DNA of 64,000 nt from Coleofasciculus sp. B1-GNL1-01. Its GTDB lineage: Bacteria > Cyanobacteriota > Cyanobacteriia > Cyanobacteriales > Coleofasciculaceae. The notes under the pieces were generated by a model. That model was not told where the DNA came from. It ran no database searches and was given only the letters and a program-made list of their open reading frames with translations. Made by a program: the position numbers and the translations under genes. The stretch is from NCBI GenBank assembly GCA_040220235.1, contig JAVJTO010000071.1; one strand, given 5' to 3'. This document shows, one piece after another, positions 63,836 through 64,000 of this stretch (positions are counted from its first letter, which is position 1; every line of letters starts with the position of its first letter).

Positions 63836-64000
63836 GGGATTAGGGCGGGTTTCATTTGTAGGGGCGGGTTTAGAGGCAAACTTAACCCACAAACCAATAA
63901 CCTTTGTGCAAAACCCGCCCTGCCCCCTATCACCACCCCGACATTTTTGGTGTGCGATCGCGGTTGAGAATCCGATAGGTTTTGTTATCCCCTTTCAGGT

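Larger units (their letters stand above)
547..63961. repeat. Dispersed HIP1 octamer GCGATCGC
   Basis: Many copies, e.g. 547, 7323 and 39208; a cyanobacterial hallmark. Confidence 0.9.

Noticed and set aside
1..64000. CRISPR array or cas genes
   Set aside because: No regularly spaced repeats with unique spacers were seen; the only RNA-guided nuclease is TnpB.

Overview
Chromosomal window of a filamentous, probably gliding, non-heterocystous cyanobacterium. The assignment is an inference from HIP1 GCGATCGC sites, heptamer STRR repeats, GTAG-headed REP-like palindromes and the hps genes; the style is Coleofasciculus/Microcoleus-like. Housekeeping genes (nnr, pyrC, clpB, htpG, rpmB, folC, ilvD, rpaA) and a 6S RNA alternate with three accessory blocks. 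(1) An AT-rich putative defence islet at 3.1-8.5 kb: a 1168-aa protein with a PLD-like DPY/HDR nuclease signature, a PD-(D/E)XK protein and a beta-class DNA methyltransferase. (2) An extended hps locus at 16-38 kb (two hpsE, hpsA-B-C and two more pilins) enclosing a polysaccharide-tailoring cassette: pyruvyl transferase, GT2, a Cys-less AsnB-like ligase, a QueC-like PP-loop protein and two sulfotransferases, one of which has an integrase-like N-terminus. (3) A MITE-bounded block at 44.8-50.4 kb with a four-unit tandem Nif11-like polyprotein and a lipoxygenase, separated by an intact TnpB-only IS200/IS605 element, with a divergent GST next to it. Intergenic DNA is dense with nested MITEs and REP-like palindromes. 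One palindrome is translated in-frame inside folC, several supply stop codons, and two inverted MITE copies flank rpaA. A diverged 256-bp tandem duplication starts at a HIP1 site. All calls come from motif reading and recollection of families; no searches were run.
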